DNA of 64,000 nt from Candidatus Acidiferrum sp. (lineage in GTDB: Bacteria > Acidobacteriota > Terriglobia > Acidiferrales > UBA7541): assembly GCA_035280045.1 (NCBI GenBank), contig DATEGP010000078.1, forward strand, positions 14,419 through 78,418. Reading direction: 5' to 3'. Numbering within the stretch: position 1 is the first letter of the stretch; each line of letters opens with the position of its first letter. Below the pieces are notes generated by a model that was given only the letters and a program-made list of their open reading frames with translations, was not told the origin of the DNA and made no database searches. Position numbers and translations under genes: made by a program. Of the stretch, positions 9,598-18,738 are shown one piece after another.

Positions 9598-11091
9598 TTA
9601 TAAGCAGCCGCTAAAATCGATTTCGGCAGCCGTGGTGGTTGCGCCAGGCGTCACTTTGAGTGGCGCTGGCGGAGTGCTCGTATCCTTGCTCACAGTTTGA
9701 GAAGACGGCGAGCACATTACAGCGTTGGTCGTGGGATTTGTCGCGTCCGCCTCCACAGTGTAAAGGACATCACCGGAGGCGGGTGCGGCGAACGTGACTT
9801 TGCCGGCTGAGAAGGTGCCTACTTCAGGATTGCTCGCAGGAACAACCAGAGTGTAGCTCCCGCAGAAGGCCCCCTTGGGTGCGCCTGTCGGACACGACGT
9901 GCTGGAAGTGATGGAGACGCTCGACGTCGAATTTGCAAACAAGGGAACGGTAATAGTATGGCTTGCGCCCGAGACCATCACGGTCTGCAGCGCGCTGAGA
10001 GTCGCATTGATACTCGCGCCTGTCGTTCCATTGATGGCAGTGATAGTGCCCTGAATTGTTCCGGGACCTGTGGAAGCCTCTGAGGTCGCGGGCGTTTCTG
10101 CAACCAAGGGAATTGCGCCGAGATCCGTGCCGCCGGTGACGTTGAAAATAGCGGTGGCGTCGTAAGCGGTCGACGAAGTCATTGCATCCACAACAATATC
10201 GAAGGCCTGAGCGGGAAGCGGGCAGAACCGGAAGTGTCCGGTGGAATCTGTCATCTTGGGCGCGGCGACAATGCGATCCACACCGGTTATGTCGGGCGAT
10301 TGAAGAGTGACTGTCGCTCCGACGATGGGCTTCGAGGTGACGCTGTCCACAATCTGCCCGGAGATCCCCGTCAAGTTAGGACTGACGACCCCTGCGGTGA
10401 GCGCCGGTTTCAATGTAAACGCGGGAGTGATGGAGGCGCAAGCATCGAAGTCAATGTTCAAGTCCACCGACTGGCCTGCGGCCACATGGAGAGGCCCTCC
10501 CATCATTTGTCCCGGCGGGACCTTCAGCCCAGTCTGAGCTTCGCTGGCCAGCTTCAGCGCATGGAGGCCAGAGCCGTTTTGCGCGCAATTGAAGACATTG
10601 CCGAGCGAAGCGCATGCGTTCGGCGAGGGTGGCGTGCTCGTGGCGGCGTTGGCCAGAAGAATCAAACGAATTTGCTGATAGTCACCGGCAGGCAGCTCCG
10701 CCGAGCCAAGCTGCGCGAGCAAGCACTGCCCATTAGCTGGGAGGTTCAAAAGATCCACTTGCATGGGGGCCGAACTAAGCTGAGGCGCGAGTTCCTGCCA
10801 GCCTGGAGAATTGGCATCTGCGGTCCCGTTTATATGAGCTTTCACCGAGACGATGGTGACCCACACGTGGCCAAAAGTTCCAGGGGCCATAGCCCCGGAT
10901 CCAGGGCCGGCCGACGCAGCGCACGACGGTGGATCACTAATGGATACAGTGACTGTTCCCGAAGCGGGACTTTGCATCGAGGCGGGTTCGCCACCACAAC
11001 TGATGACGATCAAAGCAACAACGATGACGAGACACCCGAGAAGAAGCGAAACGGGATGCCGTTTCAGCCCGAGTGGAGCAGGAGCGAGCAT
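9598..11091 (-). CDS. DUF4382-like lipoprotein with carboxypeptidase-regulatory-like domain
   Basis: Lipobox IVISC, VSISDPP, HVWVTI, LPAGDYQQIRL, LNIDFDAC. Confidence 0.75.
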   Translation of the reverse strand: MLAPAPLGLKRHPVSLLLGCLVIVVALIVISCGGEPASMQSPASGTVTVSISDPPSCAASAGPGSGAMAPGTFGHVWVTIVSVKAHINGTADANSPGWQELAPQLSSAPMQVDLLNLPANGQCLLAQLGSAELPAGDYQQIRLILLANAATSTPPSPNACASLGNVFNCAQNGSGLHALKLASEAQTGLKVPPGQMMGGPLHVAAGQSVDLNIDFDACASITPAFTLKPALTAGVVSPNLTGISGQIVDSVTSKPIVGATVTLQSPDITGVDRIVAAPKMTDSTGHFRFCPLPAQAFDIVVDAMTSSTAYDATAIFNVTGGTDLGAIPLVAETPATSEASTGPGTIQGTITAINGTTGASINATLSALQTVMVSGASHTITVPLFANSTSSVSITSSTSCPTGAPKGAFCGSYTLVVPASNPEVGTFSAGKVTFAAPASGDVLYTVEADATNPTTNAVMCSPSSQTVSKDTSTPPAPLKVTPGATTTAAEIDFSGCL

Positions 11092-11471
11092 GGGGAGCCT
11101 CCAGAGCTTGAGTGATGAAGTTGTGATTTAGTCGGCAGTCCGGTGTGGGACAGAATGCTGGGGCGGGGCGACCACTCGTAACTCGGAAGATCAAGAGTGA
11201 TCAGTACTGAGACTCATAGAGCCTCTAACCTCGATGCATTCAACTGGACAGCCTTTCCCCATTCTCTGCGTTGCAATTTACCAACCCTCTTTCGAATTGT
11301 CTAAATGATGAAAATGCTATGCCTTAGAGTTACTACTCTTGGATAGGCGATTTGCGTAAGAGTCAAAAGTTCGAGTGGCTGTGTAAATTCTTGCAGGTCG
11401 TGAAAGCCAGGACCGAAATGGGATGTGGGGCCTGGTGAGCTTGACGAATGAATTAGAAGCTGGAAAAAGGA

Positions 11472-11559
11472 TGGTCCCGGAGGAGGGGGTCGAACCCACA
11501 CGGTACTAAGTACCACTGGATTTTGAGTCCAGCGCGTCTGCCAGTTCCGCCACTCCGGG
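11472..11559 (-). tRNA. tRNA-Leu (anticodon CAA)
   Basis: Minus strand: acceptor CCCGGAG/CTCCGGG, D-arm GCGGAACTGGCAGACGC, anticodon arm CTGGA-CTCAAAA-TCCAG, long variable arm, GGTTCGA T-loop, encoded ACCA. Confidence 0.97.
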
Positions 11560-11745
11560 GCTGCAAACCGGTTCCAAATTCAGAATACTTCTAGCATTGT
11601 AGCGCGAAATTGCAGTACCTGTCGTGTGGCAGAGAGATTTTTCCCGCCGTCTGCTTACAGGACCTGGAGCAATCGTCTTGTTGACGTACGCTTCTTTGCT
11701 GCTTTAGCCTGCTCATCATCTTTCCGGCGATTACTGGAGGGGCGT

Positions 11746-12180
11746 GTGAGCCTTGCTAAAGGGTGGGGGGTTGGCGTCAGCGGAGCCCTCTGGGCGGTGG
11801 TTTACAATCTCATCTGGGGAGCCGCGTGGTTTGCGTTCATGCGCCGAGAATGGCGCGATGCCATGGCTGCCATTGGTCGGCCGATTCCCTTTACTCAGGA
11901 GACTTGGCTACTCTGGGTGGCCCTAACAATACCGATTGGCCTGGTGATCATGACGTATGCCACGGGCCGTGCGGGCTCCCCCACCAAGGCGGCAGTCACG
12001 GCCGCGGTAGCACTTTGGGTGCTGATGACGCTGGGCCTGGCTGCCTGGGCGTCACGAGAGTCGCTTTCTCTACGCATAATCGCGTTGGACTCGGCGGTGA
12101 ACCTCTTTAGCACGATTGCAGCGTCACTTGCAGGTGGCTGGAGCCAACGTCAGCAGGGTGCGTCTGCCTTCTTGCCATGA
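11746..12180 (+). CDS. Small integral membrane protein (~4 TM)
   Basis: GGAGG RBS then GTG at 11746, four hydrophobic segments, ATGA overlap with the next gene. Confidence 0.65.
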   Translation: MSLAKGWGVGVSGALWAVVYNLIWGAAWFAFMRREWRDAMAAIGRPIPFTQETWLLWVALTIPIGLVIMTYATGRAGSPTKAAVTAAVALWVLMTLGLAAWASRESLSLRIIALDSAVNLFSTIAASLAGGWSQRQQGASAFLP

Positions 12181-13124
12181 AAACTCTCAATGAGGCTTAT
12201 TCCAAGCTGTCCATGCGGCGGCGGTATGAGGTGTGGTTTTTGCGGCTGGGGCTTGCGGATGGCAGCGGAGCGTGGTGGTTTCGCTATTTGCTGATGAGTC
12301 CGGGACGCGAGGAATGCGGAAGCGATCCGCGGCAACAACCGGTGCAGATTTGGGCGACTTGGTTTCCTCGGCATGGGAAACCACAGACTTGGATCGAAGC
12401 ATTCTCGCCCCAGGACTTTCGCTTAAGCACGCGAAGCACAAGCCCTTTGGTTTTCGAGGCGGGGGAGAATCGAATCAGTGAAAATGAATGCCGCGGACGG
12501 TTGGAAGTTGATGGCCATCGCATTGGCTGGGATTTGCGCTACCGCTCCACTTTCCGCGTCGAGTTGAGCAGCAAGGGATGGATTGGATTTTCGCGGACGC
12601 CGCATTCGGACGCGATCTTTTCGGGAGAGATTACCCTCGATGGGCAAACATTTCGCGCCGAGCCGCTGGGCTACGGGATGCAAGGCCACAACTGTGGATA
12701 TCGCCACCGAAAGTTCTGGGCTTGGACGCACATCCATTTTCCCAGCCCTGAGGGTTCCAGTACGACCTTGGAAGCGCTGGTTTATGAGATGCCGCTTGGG
12801 CTGACTTTCCGAAAAGCTGTGATTTGGCACGAAGGGCGCGAGCACGTTTTTCGCAGCCTGCAGGATATGCAGCGGGATCCAAGTCACCTATTGTGGCACT
12901 TTTTCTGCCTAAATCCGAAAGTCTCAGCTGTAAGGGTCGAAGTCCAGGGAAGAAAAGGACTTATCCACCACCTTCCCTATCTCAAGACCGACTGCTCAGG
13001 GCAATTTGAAGTTGCTAATGACAGCATGGCGACTGCCCGGATGACGTGGTACACAGCGGGAGTCTCACCGAAGGGACTGAGTACTGATACTGGCGCAGTC
13101 ATCGAGATGGCCGGCCGCTTTTAG
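12177..13124 (+). CDS. Tocopherol cyclase/AttH-like beta-barrel protein
   Basis: YEVWF...AWWFRY...IGWDL...FSGEITLDG...GMQGHNCG...WAWTH pattern. Confidence 0.6.
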   Translation: MKTLNEAYSKLSMRRRYEVWFLRLGLADGSGAWWFRYLLMSPGREECGSDPRQQPVQIWATWFPRHGKPQTWIEAFSPQDFRLSTRSTSPLVFEAGENRISENECRGRLEVDGHRIGWDLRYRSTFRVELSSKGWIGFSRTPHSDAIFSGEITLDGQTFRAEPLGYGMQGHNCGYRHRKFWAWTHIHFPSPEGSSTTLEALVYEMPLGLTFRKAVIWHEGREHVFRSLQDMQRDPSHLLWHFFCLNPKVSAVRVEVQGRKGLIHHLPYLKTDCSGQFEVANDSMATARMTWYTAGVSPKGLSTDTGAVIEMAGRF

Positions 13125-13327
13125 CTTTCCACAGCCCATTGAGCATTTCTGAGCGCGGAAAACATCCACGAGAATATTGTTAACTGTTTCCTCCTCCAAC
13201 TTCTGCGAGATTTCCACAGGCGTGGACTGGACGGATACACCGCACAAGGCTAGTCTATGCTTCCCCGCTCGGCAGGGGTTTCTTACTAGCCAGGAAACAT
13301 CCGGGCGAACACCGAAGAGGCCGTTAT

Positions 13328-14845
13328 TTGTCGACTGTAACTCCCCTTGATGCGGGCGCTCGCGTTGAGCACCGCGATTTGTCTTTTTGGATGGACCAAG
13401 TCCTGAAGGAGTTGGATTCTGTCCGTGCTTCGGCGAGCGTGGATGCGGTGCATGACCTTCGTGTAGCCATTCGCCGTTGCCGCTCGGTGGCTGCGGCCAT
13501 GGAGGAGATTGATCCTGATCCCGCTTGGACGGAAATGCGCAAGGCCGCGCGAAAACTTTTCCGCGCGCTTGGCGCTCTGCGCGATGCGCAAGTGATGGAC
13601 GAGTGGGTGAGAAAGCTCGGGCCAGAAACTGATCACGTGCGCGCGCACTTGCAAACTGGGTTTGAGTCCAAGGAGCCGCAACTGCGTGAGGAAGCGCTGC
13701 GCGCGGTGGCCAAGTTCGATCAGAGGGCCTGGAAACATTTCGGGCGAACGCTCCGGCAGCGCAGCCGGCTTGTTCCGGCAGGAAGTTTGGCTGCGGAATG
13801 CCTGGCGCTCGAGCGATTCGAAAACGCGAAGGAGCTGCACGCGAAGGCCTTGCGAACGGAAAAGCCGAAACCGTGGCACGCATTGCGGATCGGGGTGAAA
13901 CGATTCCGCTACACGGTCGAGAGCCTACTTCCGGAGCAATATGCGGCTTGGAGCGAGAATTTAAAGCGCGTTCAGGACTTGCTGGGAGAAGTTCACGACC
14001 TCGATGTGCTTTCGGACCTAGTGAAAAAATCGGAGTTCGTCGAGACGGAAGATTCGCTGAATGTTTGGGCGGAGACTATCGGGCGCGAACGGCAGGAGTG
14101 CATCCGCACTTACCGCCAACTCACGCTTGGGAAAACGAGTCTCTGGAATACCTGGCGCGCCGGATTGCCGACCAATGGGCGCGTGGAAGCCGCCGCCGAG
14201 GCGCGACTACGGGCTACGGCGCGGGCCGCCGATCCACACGCAAGTAGGACATCCCAAGTTTCGCGCATCGCGGTGGCATTGTTTGAAGCGATGAAACGCG
14301 CGGACGCGGGACCGGTATTTCGCGATGCGGCGATGCGCCGCATTCTGCTAGGAGCGGCGCGATTGCACAGTGCTGGCGCGGCAGACACGGAGAAATCCTC
14401 GCAAAAGGCTGCGCGAAAGTTCATCCTCGGACTTCCAATTCCTCCCGGATGGAGCAACGAAGAATGGGAGATGCTGGCGATGGTGGTGCGTTATCATCGC
14501 GGTGCGGAACCGTCGAAGAAGAAGGGTTCCTTTGCCAAATTGTCCGTGGAGCAGCAGACGCGGGTTCACGCTTTGAGCGGAGTTTTGCGTTTAGCCTTAG
14601 CGCTTCGGAAGAGTGGCGTAGAAAGCGGCGCAGGGCTCCGCGCGGAAAAATCCGCGGAGACGATTGTGCTTCGCGTGCGAGGGCTCATGGATGACGTGGA
14701 CACGGCAGCTCGACTCGCCGCGGGCAAACACTTGCTTGAAGAATATCTGGGCATGCCGCTGATTTTGAAGCCTGTCGTCAAGCAGGGAAAAGTTGTTGCC
14801 CTGCCGACGCCGCCAACTCCGCAGTTTTTTATGGCGTCCGATTAG
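13328..14845 (+). CDS. CHAD-domain polyphosphate-binding protein fused to a degenerate Ppx-type HD domain
   Basis: VHDLRVAIRRCRS, LGALRDAQV, HALRIGVKRFRY, QDLLGEVHDLDV. C-terminal ARLHSAG...VRYHRG...VLRLA. Confidence 0.88.
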   Translation: MSTVTPLDAGARVEHRDLSFWMDQVLKELDSVRASASVDAVHDLRVAIRRCRSVAAAMEEIDPDPAWTEMRKAARKLFRALGALRDAQVMDEWVRKLGPETDHVRAHLQTGFESKEPQLREEALRAVAKFDQRAWKHFGRTLRQRSRLVPAGSLAAECLALERFENAKELHAKALRTEKPKPWHALRIGVKRFRYTVESLLPEQYAAWSENLKRVQDLLGEVHDLDVLSDLVKKSEFVETEDSLNVWAETIGRERQECIRTYRQLTLGKTSLWNTWRAGLPTNGRVEAAAEARLRATARAADPHASRTSQVSRIAVALFEAMKRADAGPVFRDAAMRRILLGAARLHSAGAADTEKSSQKAARKFILGLPIPPGWSNEEWEMLAMVVRYHRGAEPSKKKGSFAKLSVEQQTRVHALSGVLRLALALRKSGVESGAGLRAEKSAETIVLRVRGLMDDVDTAARLAAGKHLLEEYLGMPLILKPVVKQGKVVALPTPPTPQFFMASD

Positions 14846-14871
14846 CCAGGTCATTCCACTGTCGAAGTACG

Positions 14872-15372
14872 CTACTTCCCTGCGCGGCGCAGCATCTTGG
14901 GAGTGGCAAGCCAGGCGAGAACACCCATGGCCGGGGAGATGCGCTTCAGTTCAATGAGAGCAACCCCCGCCTTTTTCAGAGACGTTAGATTCTTCTTTGT
15001 ACCCACCGCTGTGGCGATTACCTCGTCGAGTTGCGGCGCATGTCCAAACACAAAAACCGAAGAAGCCTGCCTTTCGCGGGCGAGTTCGCGAAAGAGAAGC
15101 GTCGGTTCGGACCCTGGCAGCAAGATTTCGCTGCGGCGTATCCTTTGCCGGGGATAATCCAGGGCATCCGCAAAAATCTCCGCGGTTTGCACCGCGCGAA
15201 CGTACGGGCTGGTGATCAACAAATCTCCAGTAACACCCAGAGCCGCAACGCCTTTCGCCACCTGCTTTGTCTTTTCAACGCCCTCTTCCGTGAGATAACG
15301 CTCGGCTTCGGCCGGACACTTGGGATCTTCACGATCGATGGCGATGCCATGCCGAACGATGTAAAGCTGCAT
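14872..15372 (-). CDS. sixA: Phosphohistidine phosphatase SixA
   Basis: LYIVRHG, LTEEG, TSPYVRAVQTA, FGHAP. Confidence 0.92.
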   Translation of the reverse strand: MQLYIVRHGIAIDREDPKCPAEAERYLTEEGVEKTKQVAKGVAALGVTGDLLITSPYVRAVQTAEIFADALDYPRQRIRRSEILLPGSEPTLLFRELARERQASSVFVFGHAPQLDEVIATAVGTKKNLTSLKKAGVALIELKRISPAMGVLAWLATPKMLRRAGK

Positions 15373-15409
15373 CTTCTTCTCCTAAATGCTCAGCGGCTTC
15401 GGCGCCGCC

Positions 15410-17011
15410 TCAAGAATTTTCCAAGGATGATGAGGGCCGCAGCAACCGGCGGATGCGGTTCATAATGCCCGGAGCCTGCCTGGAATACACCTTCACGTGG
15501 CACTCTTTTTCAAACCACTCCGCGCTGTGTCCTGCATCGCGTAGGTCTTCACTTGCGTCGCCGCGGGCCTGCACTTCCAAGCCAACGGCGCCGCGCTGAA
15601 ACGTAGCACGAATCTTCACAACGCGCTGGCGGTGCGAGTGGTCGAGGCTTTCGGCAATGCGCAAAATCGCCGCAAGTCTCCGCAAAGTAGGCTTATCCGC
15701 GTCGTCGAGAGCGGAATAGGCGGAATGATGACCCGCAGGCTCCGACTTGCGATTGTGATAACGCACCAAGCCCGCGACGATGGCGCGTTCGCGCCCCTCG
15801 AGTCCGGGAATGTCGCCGTTCAGCACCAGATATTCTCCGTGCTTGTGATGGCCCCGGTGACTAATCATGTGTCCTGTGTCATGTAATAAAGCTCCAGCTT
15901 CGAGAAGGACACGAGTCTGCGGCGGCAAGCGGTGCACGGGCTGCAACTGGTCAAAAAGCTGAATACTTAGTTCGCGAACATGCTCCGCATGCTGCTGATC
16001 GTATTCAAGCCTGCGGGCGAAGCTGCGCGTTCCAACGAGCAACTGGCGCGCGGCGCCATTGTAGCGATGCGGTTCCTTGCGTGAGAAGGTTTCGTGCGCG
16101 ATTTCCTGAAGAATCCCTTCGCGGACGCCGACGCCGGGGACGGCGAAGACGCGCAAATTCAAATAGCGCCCCAACGTGACAAAGGTTAGGGCGGCGATGC
16201 CCATCACGTCGGCGCGGTCGCGGCGCACGCCGTAAGTCTTCATGCGCTCACGGACATCCCGCTCAAGAATGTCGGGCAGGCGCTCGCGCAAAAGCGAAAG
16301 CTCGACGGTTTCGAGGCCATGCTCGCGCGGACCTGGAGCGATTTCAGCTAACGTTTCCGCGTTCCCGCCGAGCGCGATGGCGATACCGTTGTTCAGATTA
16401 GGCCGGGGAGATAGTTTCGATTCGAGAAGAGCGCGCACGTATTTGCGGACCTGTTCGCCTTCCCCTGGCTTGATAACGCCGGGGAGATCCAGGGTGGTCA
16501 AGAGGCGAACGGTTCCCACGGGCAATTGCGCGCTCTGTTCTACGGCGTGATCTCGGAGGATGCTGACTTCCAAGCTGCCACCGCCCAAATCCACGATGCA
16601 GCGAGGGACGGCTTCGGGCCCGAGTGCCGCCAGCACGGCTTCTCTGCCGAGGCGGGATTCCTCAGCGGCACCGATGACTTCGAGAAGGATTCCGGATTTC
16701 CTTTTTATCGTGCGCACGAAAGCGTCGCGATTTTCCGCTTCCCGTGTGGCGCTGGTAGCCACCGCGCGATAGCGGGCCACGCCGAAGTCGTCCATGACCT
16801 CGCGAAAATAACGAAACGCCTTCACGGCCTTCTTAAAGACATCTTCACTAAAGCGCGGCCGCACAAAAACGCTTTCACCCAGTCGTAGCGGGTAGCGTTC
16901 CGTTTGCAGCGGCTCGATGTCCAACGCAGAATAAGCGCGCGCAACTGAAAGGCGGACGGCATTGGAACCGGCGTCGATGGCGGCGATGTGAACCGGCTCC
17001 GGCATTGGCAT
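15410..17011 (-). CDS. ppx: Exopolyphosphatase Ppx/GppA with HD domain
   Basis: AAIDAGSNAVRL, ATSATREAEN, DLGGGSLE, GVREG, LLHDTG. Confidence 0.93.
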   Translation of the reverse strand: MPMPEPVHIAAIDAGSNAVRLSVARAYSALDIEPLQTERYPLRLGESVFVRPRFSEDVFKKAVKAFRYFREVMDDFGVARYRAVATSATREAENRDAFVRTIKRKSGILLEVIGAAEESRLGREAVLAALGPEAVPRCIVDLGGGSLEVSILRDHAVEQSAQLPVGTVRLLTTLDLPGVIKPGEGEQVRKYVRALLESKLSPRPNLNNGIAIALGGNAETLAEIAPGPREHGLETVELSLLRERLPDILERDVRERMKTYGVRRDRADVMGIAALTFVTLGRYLNLRVFAVPGVGVREGILQEIAHETFSRKEPHRYNGAARQLLVGTRSFARRLEYDQQHAEHVRELSIQLFDQLQPVHRLPPQTRVLLEAGALLHDTGHMISHRGHHKHGEYLVLNGDIPGLEGRERAIVAGLVRYHNRKSEPAGHHSAYSALDDADKPTLRRLAAILRIAESLDHSHRQRVVKIRATFQRGAVGLEVQARGDASEDLRDAGHSAEWFEKECHVKVYSRQAPGIMNRIRRLLRPSSSLENS

Positions 17012-17020
17012 GAGCGAATT

Positions 17021-17866
17021 CTACCGCCAGAGATGAGATAAGGCTGAAGAGGGAGTGTATTTTGTGGAGCGAATTCCCAGTTGTTCCGCGATGCGCTGGC
17101 GCAGCAGTTTGTTGACGGAGGAAACACTGGCTTCGCCGTCGAGCTCGATGAAGTTGTGCTTTTTGGCCATAACCTCGAATTCGCGCTTAATCATAGTCTG
17201 GTAGCGGATAAAGGACCAATAGAGATCGTGCGAAAGAGACATGTCGCGCCCCGCTTCCCAATAGCTGATGGCCTGCGCTTTGCGAAATTCGCGGCCGAAC
17301 GCGGTTTCCGGGCGGACGTTCAGCCAAAATGTGAGATGAGGCCGAAGCGCCATGGCATACAGCCCGCTCATGTAATCGCGGTTGATGCCACGGACTACGC
17401 CCCGGCCAATCAATGTGAAAATGTAGCGGTCGGCCAGGACGATCGTTCCGGAACGCAGCGCCGGAAGAATGCGGTGCTCGATCTGGTCGAAGAAATCGGT
17501 GGCATACATTAGCGCCAGCGTCAGGCGGGTGACCGCGTTCTTAGCGAGAAGCTCATCAATGTCGCGGCCTACGAGATTCGAACGGCGCAAGCCACTGGTC
17601 TGTACAGCGAACCCTTCCGATTCGAGCCATTCCTGCAACAGGGCAATTTGTGTGGAGCGGCCGGAGCCGTCCATCCCTTCAATAACAATGAGATTGCCAG
17701 TAATCTCGCTGGGATCGAATCCGACCAGAGGCTCGCCAAAAAAAGGGTGCTGCTGACTGGGATCTTCGGGTGGAGAAGCCGCCTTTTGCGGGGCAGGGGC
17801 GGCGGGAGCTTCGGCAGCAACAGTGGTTGTTGCAGGTTTCTCTTTTTCCTGATCGGGCGTGCTCAC
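17021..17866 (-). CDS. Thymidylate-kinase-like protein with variant P-loop; candidate polyphosphate kinase subunit
   Basis: IEGMDGSGRST (K to R), LADRYIFT; start overlaps the stop of the upstream paralog. Confidence 0.8.
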   Translation of the reverse strand: MSTPDQEKEKPATTTVAAEAPAAPAPQKAASPPEDPSQQHPFFGEPLVGFDPSEITGNLIVIEGMDGSGRSTQIALLQEWLESEGFAVQTSGLRRSNLVGRDIDELLAKNAVTRLTLALMYATDFFDQIEHRILPALRSGTIVLADRYIFTLIGRGVVRGINRDYMSGLYAMALRPHLTFWLNVRPETAFGREFRKAQAISYWEAGRDMSLSHDLYWSFIRYQTMIKREFEVMAKKHNFIELDGEASVSSVNKLLRQRIAEQLGIRSTKYTPSSALSHLWR

Positions 17867-18624
17867 TCCGCAACCTCCACGCGAGGAGCGAAGCGCTTGA
17901 GATCGATCTTGGAGGCCACGATGTCGCGCATCTGTTTTTGCAATTTGTTAACGGGCATGGTTCCATCCAGGACCACAAAGCTATCAGAGTCCACCATCTT
18001 GTCGTATTCCTCGAGAATACGCGCCTGAAACAGACGGAAACTCTCTGCGCGGTCGTAGGACATTCCCAGATCCATGCCCGCCTCATAGTACTTCAGCTTC
18101 GGCCTTCCGCTCAGAATGCGGTTCACGGCCACGTCGAGCGGTGCGCGGAAATAAAACGTAATGTCAGGAACCGGGGCGAAGCGGTAGAGATTTCTCAGCC
18201 AACGCGGGGAACAGCCTCTGGCGGTGTCGCGCGCAAACGCAGTGTAGATGTAACGATCAGCCAAGACCAAATAGTCACCCTGAAGCAAAGGCATGATCTG
18301 CCGTTCGCACCGGTCAGCAAAGTCAGCGGCGTGAAGGAGAGAAAAAGTGGTTGGCGTAAGCAGCCGCCTTTGCTTGCCTCGGCGCGTCGCCGATTTTACG
18401 AGAGGCGAAGAATTCCATTCCGTGAAATGCAGGCGGTAGCCGCCGATTTCCAGCCAGCGCTTGAGAAGATACAACTGCGTACTTTTTCCGGAGCCGTCGG
18501 TGCCCTCAACGACAATCAACGCGCCGGGATAAGCGCGGCTAGGAACCGGCCGGCCCGGCTGCGGAAGAGTAGATTTTGCCGGCTCGGTCCGGGCCGGCTT
18601 TTGCACTACATCCTGAGTTTCCAT
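17863..18624 (-). CDS. Thymidylate-kinase-like protein with canonical P-loop; candidate polyphosphate kinase subunit
   Basis: VEGTDGSGKST, LADRYIYTAFARD, YYEAGMD. GAGG RBS before ATG 18624 (ORF is open from 18666). Confidence 0.82.
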   Translation of the reverse strand: METQDVVQKPARTEPAKSTLPQPGRPVPSRAYPGALIVVEGTDGSGKSTQLYLLKRWLEIGGYRLHFTEWNSSPLVKSATRRGKQRRLLTPTTFSLLHAADFADRCERQIMPLLQGDYLVLADRYIYTAFARDTARGCSPRWLRNLYRFAPVPDITFYFRAPLDVAVNRILSGRPKLKYYEAGMDLGMSYDRAESFRLFQARILEEYDKMVDSDSFVVLDGTMPVNKLQKQMRDIVASKIDLKRFAPRVEVAE

Positions 18625-18738
18625 GGGCCTCAAGCGAGAAGCTATTGGAACGGCAAGACTATGCAACGATTGTTACAGCCGCATTACAACATATCGCAGC
18701 TTTCCGGGCAAAGCGTCTGGCCACGAAACAAAGTAACT

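Noticed and set aside
2441-11471. Genomic island or prophage integrated at tRNA-Leu
   Set aside because: No integrase, no duplicated tRNA 3' end found, and no phage or conjugation genes. The VirB10-like domain stands alone.
11301-11516. Small ORFs overlapping the tRNA
   Set aside because: They overlap a confident tRNA and show no coding signal.
13125-13220. DnaA-box-like TTTCCACA motifs (possible oriC)
   Set aside because: Only two or three imperfect boxes, no AT-rich unwinding element and no dnaA-region genes.
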